In this document: positions 48,006 through 57,105 of the stretch, piece after piece
Position numbering within the stretch: position 1 is the first letter of the stretch
Layout of the letters: each line of letters begins with the position of its first letter
From: Myxococcota bacterium
GTDB taxonomy: Bacteria; Myxococcota_A; UBA9160; UBA6930
Reading direction: 5' to 3'
Length of the DNA stretch: 64,000 bases
Assembly: GCA_965223415.1 (NCBI GenBank)
Contig: OZ245002.1
Location: forward strand, 4,352,001 to 4,416,000
Made by a program: the position numbers and the translations under genes
The notes under the pieces: generated by a model
What the model was told of the DNA's origin: nothing
Databases searched by the model: none
Seen by the model: only the letters and a program-made list of their open reading frames with translations

Positions 48006-48728
48006 TCAGTCCCCGCCGGGCTCACGCACGAGCGGCACGAAGCGCACCGGGTACTCGCCGCGGTCCAGGAGACCGTCCTCGGTGCGCTCGACCACCCGCA
48101 GCATCTGGTCCCAGCGGCCGACCGGGATGACCAGCTTCGCCCCCACGGCGAGCTGTCGGATGAGCGGCGGAGGGATCTCGGCGGGCGCGGCAGTCACCAC
48201 GATGCCGTCGAAGGGCGCCTTCGCCGGGAGTCCCTTCCAGCCGTCCCCGGTGATCACGTCGACGTTCTCGTAGCCGAGCTCGGCCAGGAGCTTGCGGGAG
48301 CGCTCGGCCAGCTCCGGCACGATCTCGATCGTGTGGACCTCGCGGACCAGCTCGCCGAGCACCGCGGCCTGGTAGCCGGAGCCGGTACCCACCTCGAGGA
48401 TCCGATCGTTCGGCTCGGGATCCACCAGCTCGGTCATCGACGCCACGATGTAGGGCTGCGAGATCGTCTGCCCGTTCCCGATCGGGAGCGGGCCGTCGCG
48501 ATAGGCGCGATCGACGAGGTCGGCGGGGACGAAGCGGTGGCGCGGCACCTTGCGCAGCGCGGCCAGCACCCGCGGGTTCGCCACGCCGCGCGCCTCGATC
48601 TGCTCGCGCACCATCCGGTCCCGCAGCTCGGCGAAGTCGTCCGGTTGGCTCTGCAGGCCCATCGCTCCCATCGAACCCGTCAGCACCCCCGCCGCGACGG
48701 CCACGGCGATCCACTCCCTCACCTTCAC
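48006..48728 (-). CDS. pcm: Protein-L-isoaspartate O-methyltransferase with N-terminal hydrophobic leader
   Basis: VPRHRFV, GQTISQPYIV, LEVGTGSGYQAA, APFDGIVVTAA, VRFVPL. Confidence 0.93.
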   Translation of the reverse strand: MKVREWIAVAVAAGVLTGSMGAMGLQSQPDDFAELRDRMVREQIEARGVANPRVLAALRKVPRHRFVPADLVDRAYRDGPLPIGNGQTISQPYIVASMTELVDPEPNDRILEVGTGSGYQAAVLGELVREVHTIEIVPELAERSRKLLAELGYENVDVITGDGWKGLPAKAPFDGIVVTAAPAEIPPPLIRQLAVGAKLVIPVGRWDQMLRVVERTEDGLLDRGEYPVRFVPLVREPGGD

Positions 48729-48908
48729 GCTCCCAGCCTACCGGACCCGGCCACCGGAAGGGTGGCTCGTCCGCCGGGGCCACCCGCCACGGGGCCGCGC
48801 CGCTCGGGGCAGCGCGACCCAGCGCCGGGGCCGTTCGCCGCGAAGGAAGGTGCGGACACTTGGAACGGGAATTGCGATCGCTTCCCGAACGAGGGGACGA
48901 GGAGGCCC

Positions 48909-51900
48909 ATGCGGAGGGGAATCGGCGCCGTCGCGGCGGCGCTCTACGGGTTGGCCCTCTGGGCGACCGGCGCGGAAGCCATCGACCTGTGGGAACGGCG
49001 GGTCCAGGTCCACGGGTACTACGACTTCCAGCTTCGCGCCCTCGCCGACGACCTGAGCTACGCCGACGACTTCGACGTCAGCCAGATGGCCCACGTGCTG
49101 AACCTGGAGGTGGAGGCGGCGCTCGCGCCGAACGGCTTCGGCCCCTTCGACCTGGTGAGCGCCTTCGCCCGCATCGAGGCGCGCTACGACTGCGTGTGGA
49201 CCCGGGGCTGCGGCCTCTTCCCCAGCATCAACGCCTACGGCGACGGCGCCAAGCGCTACCCCAAGCGGCTCCACAACGGGCGGCGCTTCGGCTACGTGGG
49301 CGGTGTCTGGGCCGGTGATACGCGGCGCTGGCGGGCCGACCCGATCGAGACCTTCGGCTTTTCCTACAAGGATCGCCCCGAGGAAGGGCGGGTGCCCAGC
49401 GGCATCCAGCACACCGAGGCCTTCTGGACGATCTTCACCTCGCCCGGCGGCGACCAGGTGCTCGGCACTGCCGACGACCCGTCGCCCTTCTACTTCGATC
49501 GCTACTTCCAGCCCGGCCGCTGCAGGTTCGCCGTGAAGCGCACCCAGAGCTACACGGACGGCGTCGGCGTGTTCAACCTCGGCCCGATGGATCCGGACTG
49601 CGACGTCGAGCCGATCGCGGCGTTCATCGACAAGCCGAATCCCTTCCGCGCGCGGGATCGGAACCCGCTCACGGGAGGCGGGGGAGGCGGCGCGCTGCCC
49701 TTCCGTCCGGCTCCCGAGATCGCCTTCGACTCGGACTCGCCCGAGTGGATTCCCCGCGGCCTGTGGATCCCCAACCCGGAGCTGGCACGGCTGCTCGAGG
49801 ACGGCGACCTCGAGGAGCCGGCACTGAACTTCAGCCAGGACGAGCTGGCCTGGAACCGGGGCGCCAGCCAGGGCGCCGAGAAGGAGCTGAAGGAGCTCTA
49901 CGTCGACGTCGAGATGCTCGACAGCCGCTTGTGGCTGCGGATCGGCAAGCAGACGATCGTGTGGGGCAAGACGGAGCTCTTCCGCAACCAGGACCAGTGG
50001 AATCCCCAGGACCTCGCCCTCTCCTCGCTGCCGGGCCTCGAGGAGTCCCGCACCGCCCTCTGGGCCCTGCGCGCGGTCTACAGCTTCTACAACGTGGGGC
50101 CCCTCGAAGACGTGAGCCTCGAGCTCGCCGTCAACTTCGACGACTTCGAGCCGGCGGATCTCGGCCGCTGCGGCGAGCCCTACACCGTGTTCCTCGTCTG
50201 CGCCGGCAGCTTCGGGTTCCTGGCCCACGGCTTCGAGGCCAAGGGCCTGGCCGGCGTGCGCACGCCGCCGTCGCCGTGGAACAGCTGGCACGGCCTCGAG
50301 ACCGGGCTCCGTCTCGAGTGGCGCTGGCGCCGCTTCAGCTTCTCCCTGAGCGACTTCTACGGCTACGACGACCTTCCCTACCTGGAGAAGATCTACACCT
50401 TCGAGCGCAACGTGGATCCGGCGACCGGACGGCCCCGGCGCGAGAATTCGCGGGGCGTCTGTCGGACGGGACGGGAGGACGCCTGCCTGCGGGCCGGCCG
50501 CGACGCCCTGCTGCACCACGCGGCCAACCAGACCCTCTACGCCAAGAACTGCGCGTCGACCTTCGGCATCGCCGCGCTGGATCCGAGCGCCTGCGGCCTC
50601 ACCATCTTCAACAGCCAGGTGGACACGGATCCCACCCAGGCCGCGGCCCCGCGGCTGATGATCGCGTTCGCCAACATGTGGGCCGGGTCGCTCAGCAACT
50701 TCGGGCTCTCGGGCGGCGGCGCGGAGGTCTTCGCCGGGCTGGCCGCTTTCACGCCCCAGACCACCGCGGCGCTGGCCCGTTTCCCCTGGACGCAGACCGT
50801 GCTCGGAGCCGGCCCTTCGGCCGGGGATCGCACGCCGCTCGTGCCCCTTTCGGTCGACCTGAACGACGGGGGGCCCTCGACCCTGCCGCCGCAGTTCGCC
50901 GGCGACTTCGGCGTGATCATCTGGCAGGGCTCCGGGCTCCAGCCCGTGCTGACCGACGAGCAGGAGGCGCTGCTCGGCTGCGGCCCCTTCTTCCAGACCC
51001 AGTGCGACATCGACGGCATCGACCTGATGAACGCGGAAGCCAGCGCAATCATGCAGTCCTTCGTCGGCTTCGACGGGAGCTCTGGGGAGGACTGGGCGAC
51101 GACCGACCGCAGCCGCGCCCAGCCGGGCACCGTGGGCTTCGACGGCGGGCCGGTGTGCACCCGCTACGAGGGCGGCCGCCTGCACGTGCTTCCCGGCTGC
51201 CGCGGCCGCGGGGACGACGGCTACTCCGTCTTTGTCGACGGCTCGACCGGCGGTGCGCTGCACCCCTTCACCGGGCAGCCCTTCCGCACGGAGATGTCCA
51301 TCTTCTCCTGGAACTTCATGATGGTCCTGGTGGGCAACTCGATCCCGAAGGACCCGAACAAGATCCGCATCGACGAGTTCGATCCGGACCAGGCCTTCCG
51401 GAGCGGCGGCTGCTCCTTCGCCAAGCCCCAGCTCTGCCACGCCTTCAGCAACTTCTGGCTGTCGGTCTCGAGCAAACGGCCCACCGTGCGAGCCGGCGGC
51501 AACGGCCGCTTCGGCCGCCGGGATTTCCAGTGGCACGACGGCACCCCCGTCGTGACCCGCTTCCAGAAGCGCAACGTGCTGGGCTTCTCGATGGACTTCG
51601 CCGAGGACGTCAGCAAGAGCAACTGGGCCCTCGAGTTCACCTGGGTGGACGACGTGCTCCAGACCGACAACGACGAGCAGAACGGGCTCAGCGAGGTCGA
51701 CACCTTCAACCTGTCGATCTCCGCCGACCGCCCCACCTTCATCAACTTCCTGAACGCGAACCGGACCCTGCTCTTCAACGCCCAGGTCTTCGTGCGCTAC
51801 GTGAGCGGCTACCGCAAGGGCTTTCCGAGCAACGGCCCCTGGAGCACCCTGGTCACGCTCACGGCGACGACCGGCTACTTTCAGGATCGCCTCAACCCGA

Positions 51901-52160
51901 GCCTGACCCTCGTCTACGACGTCGGCTCGGACTCCGGCGCCGTGCTCGGCCAGGTCCAGTACCGCTACTCCAGCAACTTCTCGGCGACCATGGGCTTCGC
52001 CCTCTTCGCGGGTCGCACCCAGCGCAAGGACATGGCCATCAACCCGATCGCCAGCCGCAACCGCACGGGCCGGGGCGCAGGGAAGGACTTCGTCGACAAC
52101 GGGCTCTCCGCCATTCGCGACCGGGACGAGCTCTTCGTGCGCGTGCGGTACTCCTTCTGA
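48909..52160 (+). CDS. Large Cys-rich DUF1302-like outer-membrane beta-barrel protein
   Basis: Signal peptide (AEA); LKELYVD, LRIGKQTIVWGKTELFR, NPQD; C-terminal DRDELFVRVRYSF beta-signal. Confidence 0.75.
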   Translation: MRRGIGAVAAALYGLALWATGAEAIDLWERRVQVHGYYDFQLRALADDLSYADDFDVSQMAHVLNLEVEAALAPNGFGPFDLVSAFARIEARYDCVWTRGCGLFPSINAYGDGAKRYPKRLHNGRRFGYVGGVWAGDTRRWRADPIETFGFSYKDRPEEGRVPSGIQHTEAFWTIFTSPGGDQVLGTADDPSPFYFDRYFQPGRCRFAVKRTQSYTDGVGVFNLGPMDPDCDVEPIAAFIDKPNPFRARDRNPLTGGGGGGALPFRPAPEIAFDSDSPEWIPRGLWIPNPELARLLEDGDLEEPALNFSQDELAWNRGASQGAEKELKELYVDVEMLDSRLWLRIGKQTIVWGKTELFRNQDQWNPQDLALSSLPGLEESRTALWALRAVYSFYNVGPLEDVSLELAVNFDDFEPADLGRCGEPYTVFLVCAGSFGFLAHGFEAKGLAGVRTPPSPWNSWHGLETGLRLEWRWRRFSFSLSDFYGYDDLPYLEKIYTFERNVDPATGRPRRENSRGVCRTGREDACLRAGRDALLHHAANQTLYAKNCASTFGIAALDPSACGLTIFNSQVDTDPTQAAAPRLMIAFANMWAGSLSNFGLSGGGAEVFAGLAAFTPQTTAALARFPWTQTVLGAGPSAGDRTPLVPLSVDLNDGGPSTLPPQFAGDFGVIIWQGSGLQPVLTDEQEALLGCGPFFQTQCDIDGIDLMNAEASAIMQSFVGFDGSSGEDWATTDRSRAQPGTVGFDGGPVCTRYEGGRLHVLPGCRGRGDDGYSVFVDGSTGGALHPFTGQPFRTEMSIFSWNFMMVLVGNSIPKDPNKIRIDEFDPDQAFRSGGCSFAKPQLCHAFSNFWLSVSSKRPTVRAGGNGRFGRRDFQWHDGTPVVTRFQKRNVLGFSMDFAEDVSKSNWALEFTWVDDVLQTDNDEQNGLSEVDTFNLSISADRPTFINFLNANRTLLFNAQVFVRYVSGYRKGFPSNGPWSTLVTLTATTGYFQDRLNPSLTLVYDVGSDSGAVLGQVQYRYSSNFSATMGFALFAGRTQRKDMAINPIASRNRTGRGAGKDFVDNGLSAIRDRDELFVRVRYSF

Positions 52161-52185
52161 GCCGCGGATCGCCTAGAATGGCGCT

Positions 52186-52626
52186 ATGGCGAAGATGGTC
52201 ATCGAGAAGGCGTACTTCGAGACCCGGGCCCAGGCGATGGACGACATCCGCGAGACCGGCTACTGGCCGACCACCTACGTCTCGGGGAAATCGCCGGAGC
52301 TGCCCCTCCACTACCACGATCACGACATCATCGGCTACGTGATCGAGGGCGAGGCCTACCTGCTCGACGAAGAAGAGCGGAGGGTGCCGATCGGTCCCGG
52401 CGACCGCCTGGTGATCCCGAAGGGCGCCTGGCACGCGGAGGGCGAGGTGACGGAGCCAGTGATCTATCTCGTCACCACCCGGGAGGCCGTGCCGTTCCTC
52501 GAGGCGATCCTGCCGCGGGAGCCGAAGGGCCCCTTCCCGGCGTTCGACGGATGGTGGTCCTGGTCACCGGCGCGTCCGGCGGGCTCGGTGAGGTGCTGGG
52601 ACGGCTCCTCGTCGAGAAGGGCCTGA
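52186..52626 (+). CDS. Cupin domain protein (3' end aberrant, overlaps the SDR gene)
   Basis: PLHYHD...YVIEGE and GPGDRLVIPKGAWH cupin motifs. Confidence 0.75.
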   Translation: MAKMVIEKAYFETRAQAMDDIRETGYWPTTYVSGKSPELPLHYHDHDIIGYVIEGEAYLLDEEERRVPIGPGDRLVIPKGAWHAEGEVTEPVIYLVTTREAVPFLEAILPREPKGPFPAFDGWWSWSPARPAGSVRCWDGSSSRRA

Positions 52627-53342
52627 CCGTCTACGGCACGATGCGGGACCCTTCCCGTCGCGAAGGGGAGGGCGCCTTCCCCATGCTGGCCATGGACGTC
52701 CTCGACGACGCCTCGGTCGAGAAGTGTGTGGCCGAGGTGCTGGGGCGCGAGGGCCGCATCGACGTCGTGATCAACTGCGTCAACCAGATGATCATCGGGT
52801 CCGTCGAGGAGCAGACCGTCGACGAGGTGCGCGCCCTCTACGACACGAACGTGTTCGGCGTGCTGCGCGTGTGCCAGCACGTGATCCCTGTGATGCGCCA
52901 GCAGGGGAAGGGCACGATCGTCAACATGAGCTCCCTGGGCGGGCTCCTCGCCGTGCCCTACATGAGCGCCTACACCTCGGCGAAGTTCGCCCTCGAGGCG
53001 ATGACCGAGGCCATGTACCACGAGGTCGCCGCCGACGGTATCGACGTGGTGATCATGCAGCCCGTTGCCATGGCGATGGAGCGGCCCGCCACCGGCGCCC
53101 ACCTCAGCACCGTGGAGGGCGTCGCCGCGGATTCGCCGAGCCACAAGATGGTCGAGCGGATGGCCCGGGACACGGCCGCCAGCAACCTCACACCGGAGGC
53201 CGTGGCGCAGAAGATCCATCAGGTGATCACCGCGGACAAGAAGCCTCTTCGCGTCCCGATGGACCGGGCCCGGGTGCTGGCGCTGCTCAAGGGCGTCGCG
53301 CCGCAGTCGGTGATCGATCGGCTGATCTCGGGATTGACCTAG
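52551..53342 (+). CDS. Short-chain dehydrogenase/reductase
   Basis: VLVTGASGGLG, GRIDVVIN, NMSS, YTSAK. Confidence 0.88.
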   Translation: MVVLVTGASGGLGEVLGRLLVEKGLTVYGTMRDPSRREGEGAFPMLAMDVLDDASVEKCVAEVLGREGRIDVVINCVNQMIIGSVEEQTVDEVRALYDTNVFGVLRVCQHVIPVMRQQGKGTIVNMSSLGGLLAVPYMSAYTSAKFALEAMTEAMYHEVAADGIDVVIMQPVAMAMERPATGAHLSTVEGVAADSPSHKMVERMARDTAASNLTPEAVAQKIHQVITADKKPLRVPMDRARVLALLKGVAPQSVIDRLISGLT

Positions 53343-53350
53343 CCCCGCCC

Positions 53351-53794
53351 CTAGGCCGGATCGAGGACGACGACCGGGATCGTGCGGTCCCCCGCGCGCT
53401 CCTGGTACTCATCGTAGGGCGGGTAGAGCTTCGCCATCTGCTTCCAGAGCGCCTCGCGTTCCCCGCCCTCGGCGACCCGCGCCCGGGTGGAGACCTTCTT
53501 GGCGCCGACCATGAGCTCACAGGCCGGCTCGGCCTCGAGGTTCAGGAACCAGACGGGATGGCTCGGCATGCCGCCCTTCGAGGCGATGATCACGTAGGCG
53601 TCGCCCGCCTCTCCGTAGATCAGGGGGAGGGAGCGGGGCTCGCCGGACTTCCGGCCTGTCGTCGTGAGCAGGAGGGTCGGAAGCACCCCGGGCCCGCCCA
53701 GCGGCGTCGAGTCCCAGAGACGCGCCTTCTCCGGGTCGGTCCGGTAGAGCTCGATGTGCTCGGCGATCCAGGGGATCTCGCTGAAGTTGGCCAC
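53351..53794 (-). CDS. Deazaflavin-dependent nitroreductase (DDN) family protein
   Basis: LLLTTTGRKSGEPR, ASKGG...HPVWFLNL, YDEYQ...RTIPVVVL; GAGGAGGA RBS before GTG. Confidence 0.9.
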   Translation of the reverse strand: MANFSEIPWIAEHIELYRTDPEKARLWDSTPLGGPGVLPTLLLTTTGRKSGEPRSLPLIYGEAGDAYVIIASKGGMPSHPVWFLNLEAEPACELMVGAKKVSTRARVAEGGEREALWKQMAKLYPPYDEYQERAGDRTIPVVVLDPA

Positions 53795-54205
53795 GGGGTC
53801 CTCCTCGTCCGCTGCAGGGTACACGATCAGTCGGCAACAGAATGTCCAGGACCCAGGGCGGAGACACCCGGCCTCGCTCCTCGTGCATCACGCGTGCGCG
53901 CGGAGGGTTCATGAGGAACCACGGACCGGGAAAGCGCTGCGCCAGGCCGTCCGGCCCGCACAGGACGACCAGCGTCGCGTCGGTCTCCGGACGCACGCGG
54001 GGCACGACGAGCTGCTCGTAGACGTCACGGAACCGCCATCCGCCCCAGGGCAGACCCCGCCGCGTCCAGGTCGTCACGCAGTGGAAGTCCGAGACTTGCT
54101 CTACTCGGATCCCGATAGTCTGGAAGACTTCTGTCTTCTCGTACCGCGGCGTCGACTGCATCTTCGCAAGGGCGTGAGGTAGCTTCTGGAGGCCAGGAGG
54201 GCGTC

Positions 54206-54811
54206 TTGAAGGAGTCGAACGCGTCATCGAAGCTCCAGACCGGGGTCGGCTGGGGACTGCTCGCCCTCGGGATCGCCGTGTTTGCCGTTCGCCTGCTGCA
54301 CGAAGGTGCCTACGCGGTCCCCCGCGGCGGGAACCTGCTCGGTGGACTGGGGGCGCTGCTGCTCGGCGGCGTGCTGGTCTCGTCCGCAGCGCCGCGGGGG
54401 CTCCGATGGCTCGCCCTGGTGGTCAGCCCGGTGGTGCTCTTCTTCGGCCTCTACGCGACGATGGCGGAGCTCGAAGAGGTGGTGTCCCTCTACGCCACCG
54501 ACGGCGCCGGCCAGCCGGCAGAGCTGCGGCTCTGGATCGTGGACCGCGACGACGGCGCGTGGGTAGGGATGCCGCGCTCGAAGGCGGTCGAACACTCTCT
54601 GGACGGGGCGCGCCACGAGCTGCTCCGAAGCGGCGAGACCCTGTGCGTGGTGCCGGCCCTCCACGAGGATCGCGCGACCGTCCGGGCGATCCATGCCCTC
54701 AAGGTCGAGAAGTACGGAGTCGCCCGGGCTGCTGCGGCGGTCGGCCTCTACCCGAGCGAGGCTCCGGACGCCTCCGTCTCCCTACGGCTCGATCCCTGCC
54801 CTGGCGGGTGA
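54206..54811 (+). CDS. Hypothetical membrane protein
   Basis: Three N-terminal TM segments plus a soluble domain (EVVSL...LRLWIVD...EKYG); GGAGG before TTG. Confidence 0.65.
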   Translation: MKESNASSKLQTGVGWGLLALGIAVFAVRLLHEGAYAVPRGGNLLGGLGALLLGGVLVSSAAPRGLRWLALVVSPVVLFFGLYATMAELEEVVSLYATDGAGQPAELRLWIVDRDDGAWVGMPRSKAVEHSLDGARHELLRSGETLCVVPALHEDRATVRAIHALKVEKYGVARAAAAVGLYPSEAPDASVSLRLDPCPGG

Positions 54812-54907
54812 GGGGAGGCGCGGCCTCTGCGTCGCTGCCTCGGCAATGCTTGCTCGCGACCTGGGTTCCGGCCAAGGCGAGGCGCCGGTCCCCTCTTGGA
54901 GAGGCTC

Positions 54908-55474
54908 CTACTGCGCAGGAGCTTCGTCGCCAGCGTCCCAGGGCATGCTGCTCGTGACCCAATGGCTGATCTCCTCCTGCTGGTCGTTGCGATGGAGATG
55001 CCGCGGAGGCGAGGCGAAAGTCGCGTAGGGCCGACAGCGCAGGACGACCCGATCCTCGGCCTTCGCCATCGCCTCGACGGCGGGCCGAGCCTCTTCCGGG
55101 AGCGGGTTCCCCGACATCCGGCCTCCGACGGCCATCATCACGTCGACGACGAGCTCCGGGTCGTCATCGATCTCGGCGTCGCAGTAGACCTGGAGGTAGG
55201 CGAAGGGCCACCGCTCGTCGAGGACGCAGAGGCTGATCTTCGCGCTGCGGCCGACGGCCTTCGCCTTCGCGCGGTCCCGCATCGTCGACACCAGCAGCTC
55301 CTCCGAGTCGGTCGGGATGTAGTAGACGATCGACATGGCTGGGCCGTCGTCGCGGCGCCCGTAGCCGAACACGCAGGTCCGGTGCGTGCGCAGGAACTCG
55401 CGACGCTCGGACGGAAGCAGGTCTCGATCCGTGGGCGCCGTGAAGGGTTCGGGCGCGAGGGGGAGCAGGTTCAT
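54908..55474 (-). CDS. PPOX-class (pyridoxamine 5'-phosphate oxidase-like, probably F420-dependent) oxidoreductase
   Basis: REFL, RRDDGP, RAKAK, SLCVLD..WPFAYLQV, EDRVV. Confidence 0.8.
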   Translation of the reverse strand: MNLLPLAPEPFTAPTDRDLLPSERREFLRTHRTCVFGYGRRDDGPAMSIVYYIPTDSEELLVSTMRDRAKAKAVGRSAKISLCVLDERWPFAYLQVYCDAEIDDDPELVVDVMMAVGGRMSGNPLPEEARPAVEAMAKAEDRVVLRCRPYATFASPPRHLHRNDQQEEISHWVTSSMPWDAGDEAPAQ

Positions 55475-55504
55475 GGTTCGTGTTCCTTTCGGGCTGGGGA
55501 TGTT

Positions 55505-56077
55505 CTACGGGGCGGCGACGAGCCGCTTCGCGAGAAAGGTCATCATCCGGCTGGCCTCGCGCTTGCTGGCGCGGTGCATGACGAGGCCTTCCGCGGCCGT
55601 GATGAGGGCCTCCACGACGAGCTCCCGGTCGGCGGCAGGGATCGAGCAGAGCTCGATGGCGCGCCCGAGGTAGTCCGCGTATCGGCGGTGCGCCCGCTCG
55701 TGGAACTCGGCCATGGCGGACGAGTGGTGCGATCGCTCGTGCAGCGTCGCGATGAGCCTGTGCCGCTCGAGGCGGCGCCAGACGAACTCGGTGAGGAGCG
55801 TCTCCAGCTCTTTCACTTCTTGGCCCGGGAGCGACCGGGAGAGGCGCTCCTTCCCCTCCTCCAGGTCTTCCGATTGAAGCGCATGGAGCGCGGCCGCGAA
55901 GAGGTCGTCCTTGGTTGCGAAGTACCAGTGGACCACGTTGGTGGCGATCCCCGCTTCGCGGGCGATGGATGCGATGGTGGTCCCGTCGTACCCCTGCTCC
56001 TGGAAGAGCCGCTGCGCGATCGCGACGATCTCGGCGGTCTTGTCCTCGCGGGTCCGGTCGGGTCGGTTCCTAGCCAT
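55505..56077 (-). CDS. TetR/AcrR-family transcriptional regulator
   Basis: LFQEQGYDGTTIASIAREAGI...HWYFATKDDL. Confidence 0.92.
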   Translation of the reverse strand: MARNRPDRTREDKTAEIVAIAQRLFQEQGYDGTTIASIAREAGIATNVVHWYFATKDDLFAAALHALQSEDLEEGKERLSRSLPGQEVKELETLLTEFVWRRLERHRLIATLHERSHHSSAMAEFHERAHRRYADYLGRAIELCSIPAADRELVVEALITAAEGLVMHRASKREASRMMTFLAKRLVAAP

Positions 56078-56098
56078 CTCTAGATCAATAGTCTAGAG
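56078..56098. promoter_or_regulatory. Palindromic putative TetR operator
   Basis: CTCTAGA-N7-TCTAGAG, AT-rich, abutting the tetR start codon between two divergent tetR genes. Confidence 0.55.
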
Positions 56099-56131
56099 CA
56101 ATTCGGATCGCGAACTCCATCGCCCGCTCGG

Positions 56132-56730
56132 TTGACAGCGGCCGCGTTGATGGCGGAGCGGGGCTTCGCCGGAACGAGCATCTCCGCCGTGAAGGAGAGG
56201 TCGGGCCTGCCGTCGGGCTCGATCTATTGGCACTTCGAGAACAAGGAAGCGTTGCTCGGCGCGGTGATCGAGGAGGCGGCGACTCGCTGGTTCGAAGCCC
56301 TTCCGGGACCGGAGACGCTTCCCCCCGAGCCGCAGAAGCGGGTCGAGGCCCTGCTCGACGCGGCGGCGAGGTCGCTCCAAGATCGCCCCGAGTTCCTACG
56401 ACTGATCCTCCTCATCAGTCTCGAGCGGCGCGAAGTCGACGAGAAATCGCTCGCAACCGTTCGGCGCGCTCGTGCCCTCGCTCGGGAACGACTGACGACG
56501 ATCATGGGAGATCTGCTGGCGCCAGCAGCGGGCCCACACTCTCGCTCGGCGCTCGCTCAGCGATTCGCCGATTTCGCCTTGATGGTGGCGGACGGTGCGT
56601 TCATCGCGCACCACGTCGATTCGGAAGCGACCGATCTGCGCGCCGCCTTCGATCTGATGAGACGATCGCTCGCCGCCTACGCGCGGGAGATGCTCGCGAC
56701 GCCCCCCCCCATCCGCTCGAGGAGGCATGA
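56132..56730 (+). CDS. TetR-family regulator (5' end unclear; reads through into the next gene)
   Basis: MAERGFAGTSISAVKERSGLPSGSIYWHFENKEAL; probable original stop TGA at 56728-56730 is out of frame after a C9 run. Confidence 0.7.
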
Positions 56731-56732
56731 TC

Positions 56733-56941
56733 ATGGCAAGGTCCAGTCCGCCGTCTACGGGCGTTTCGAAGTGAAGAGCATCGCCAGGTGGCGCCGATTC
56801 ATGGAGCTCCTGTACGGCCTCGAGCTGAAGCCATCGACGAGGCCGGGCGAGTTCGAGGCGGTCGTCGACGACGCGGGCTCTCGGCTGCTCTTCTCCGAGG
56901 GGCCGGCGGAGGATCTCGTCGCATACGGATGGCTCTGTGAC
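56733..56941 (+). pseudogene. 5' fragment of an extradiol (BphC/HsaC-like, VOC-fold) dioxygenase
   Basis: KVQSAVYGRFEV...WRRF...YGL...VDD..SRL...GPAEDLVAYGW; interrupted by IS21. Confidence 0.75.
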
Positions 56942-57105
56942 TGTCATTTCTCACGGGCATGACTCACCTTTTCTCACGGGCATGACCCAGGCCTGACCGC
57001 GGTTTTCTCACGAGCATGACCCACCCCAGATGGGGGGGGCTCAGGAGGAGGCCGGTCCCGTGGCCGACCCAGGCCATTCTGCGGCGCCAGAGGAGGCGCA
57101 GGCAG

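Noticed and set aside
53828..54200. Possible gene remnant on the minus strand (FRDVYEQLVVPRVRPE...)
   Set aside because: Somewhat protein-like, but no family recognised and no clean start or stop
56947..57020. Three 17-bp direct repeats as a mini-CRISPR or iterons
   Set aside because: They are the terminal transposase-binding repeats of the IS21 element, with inverted copies at its right end
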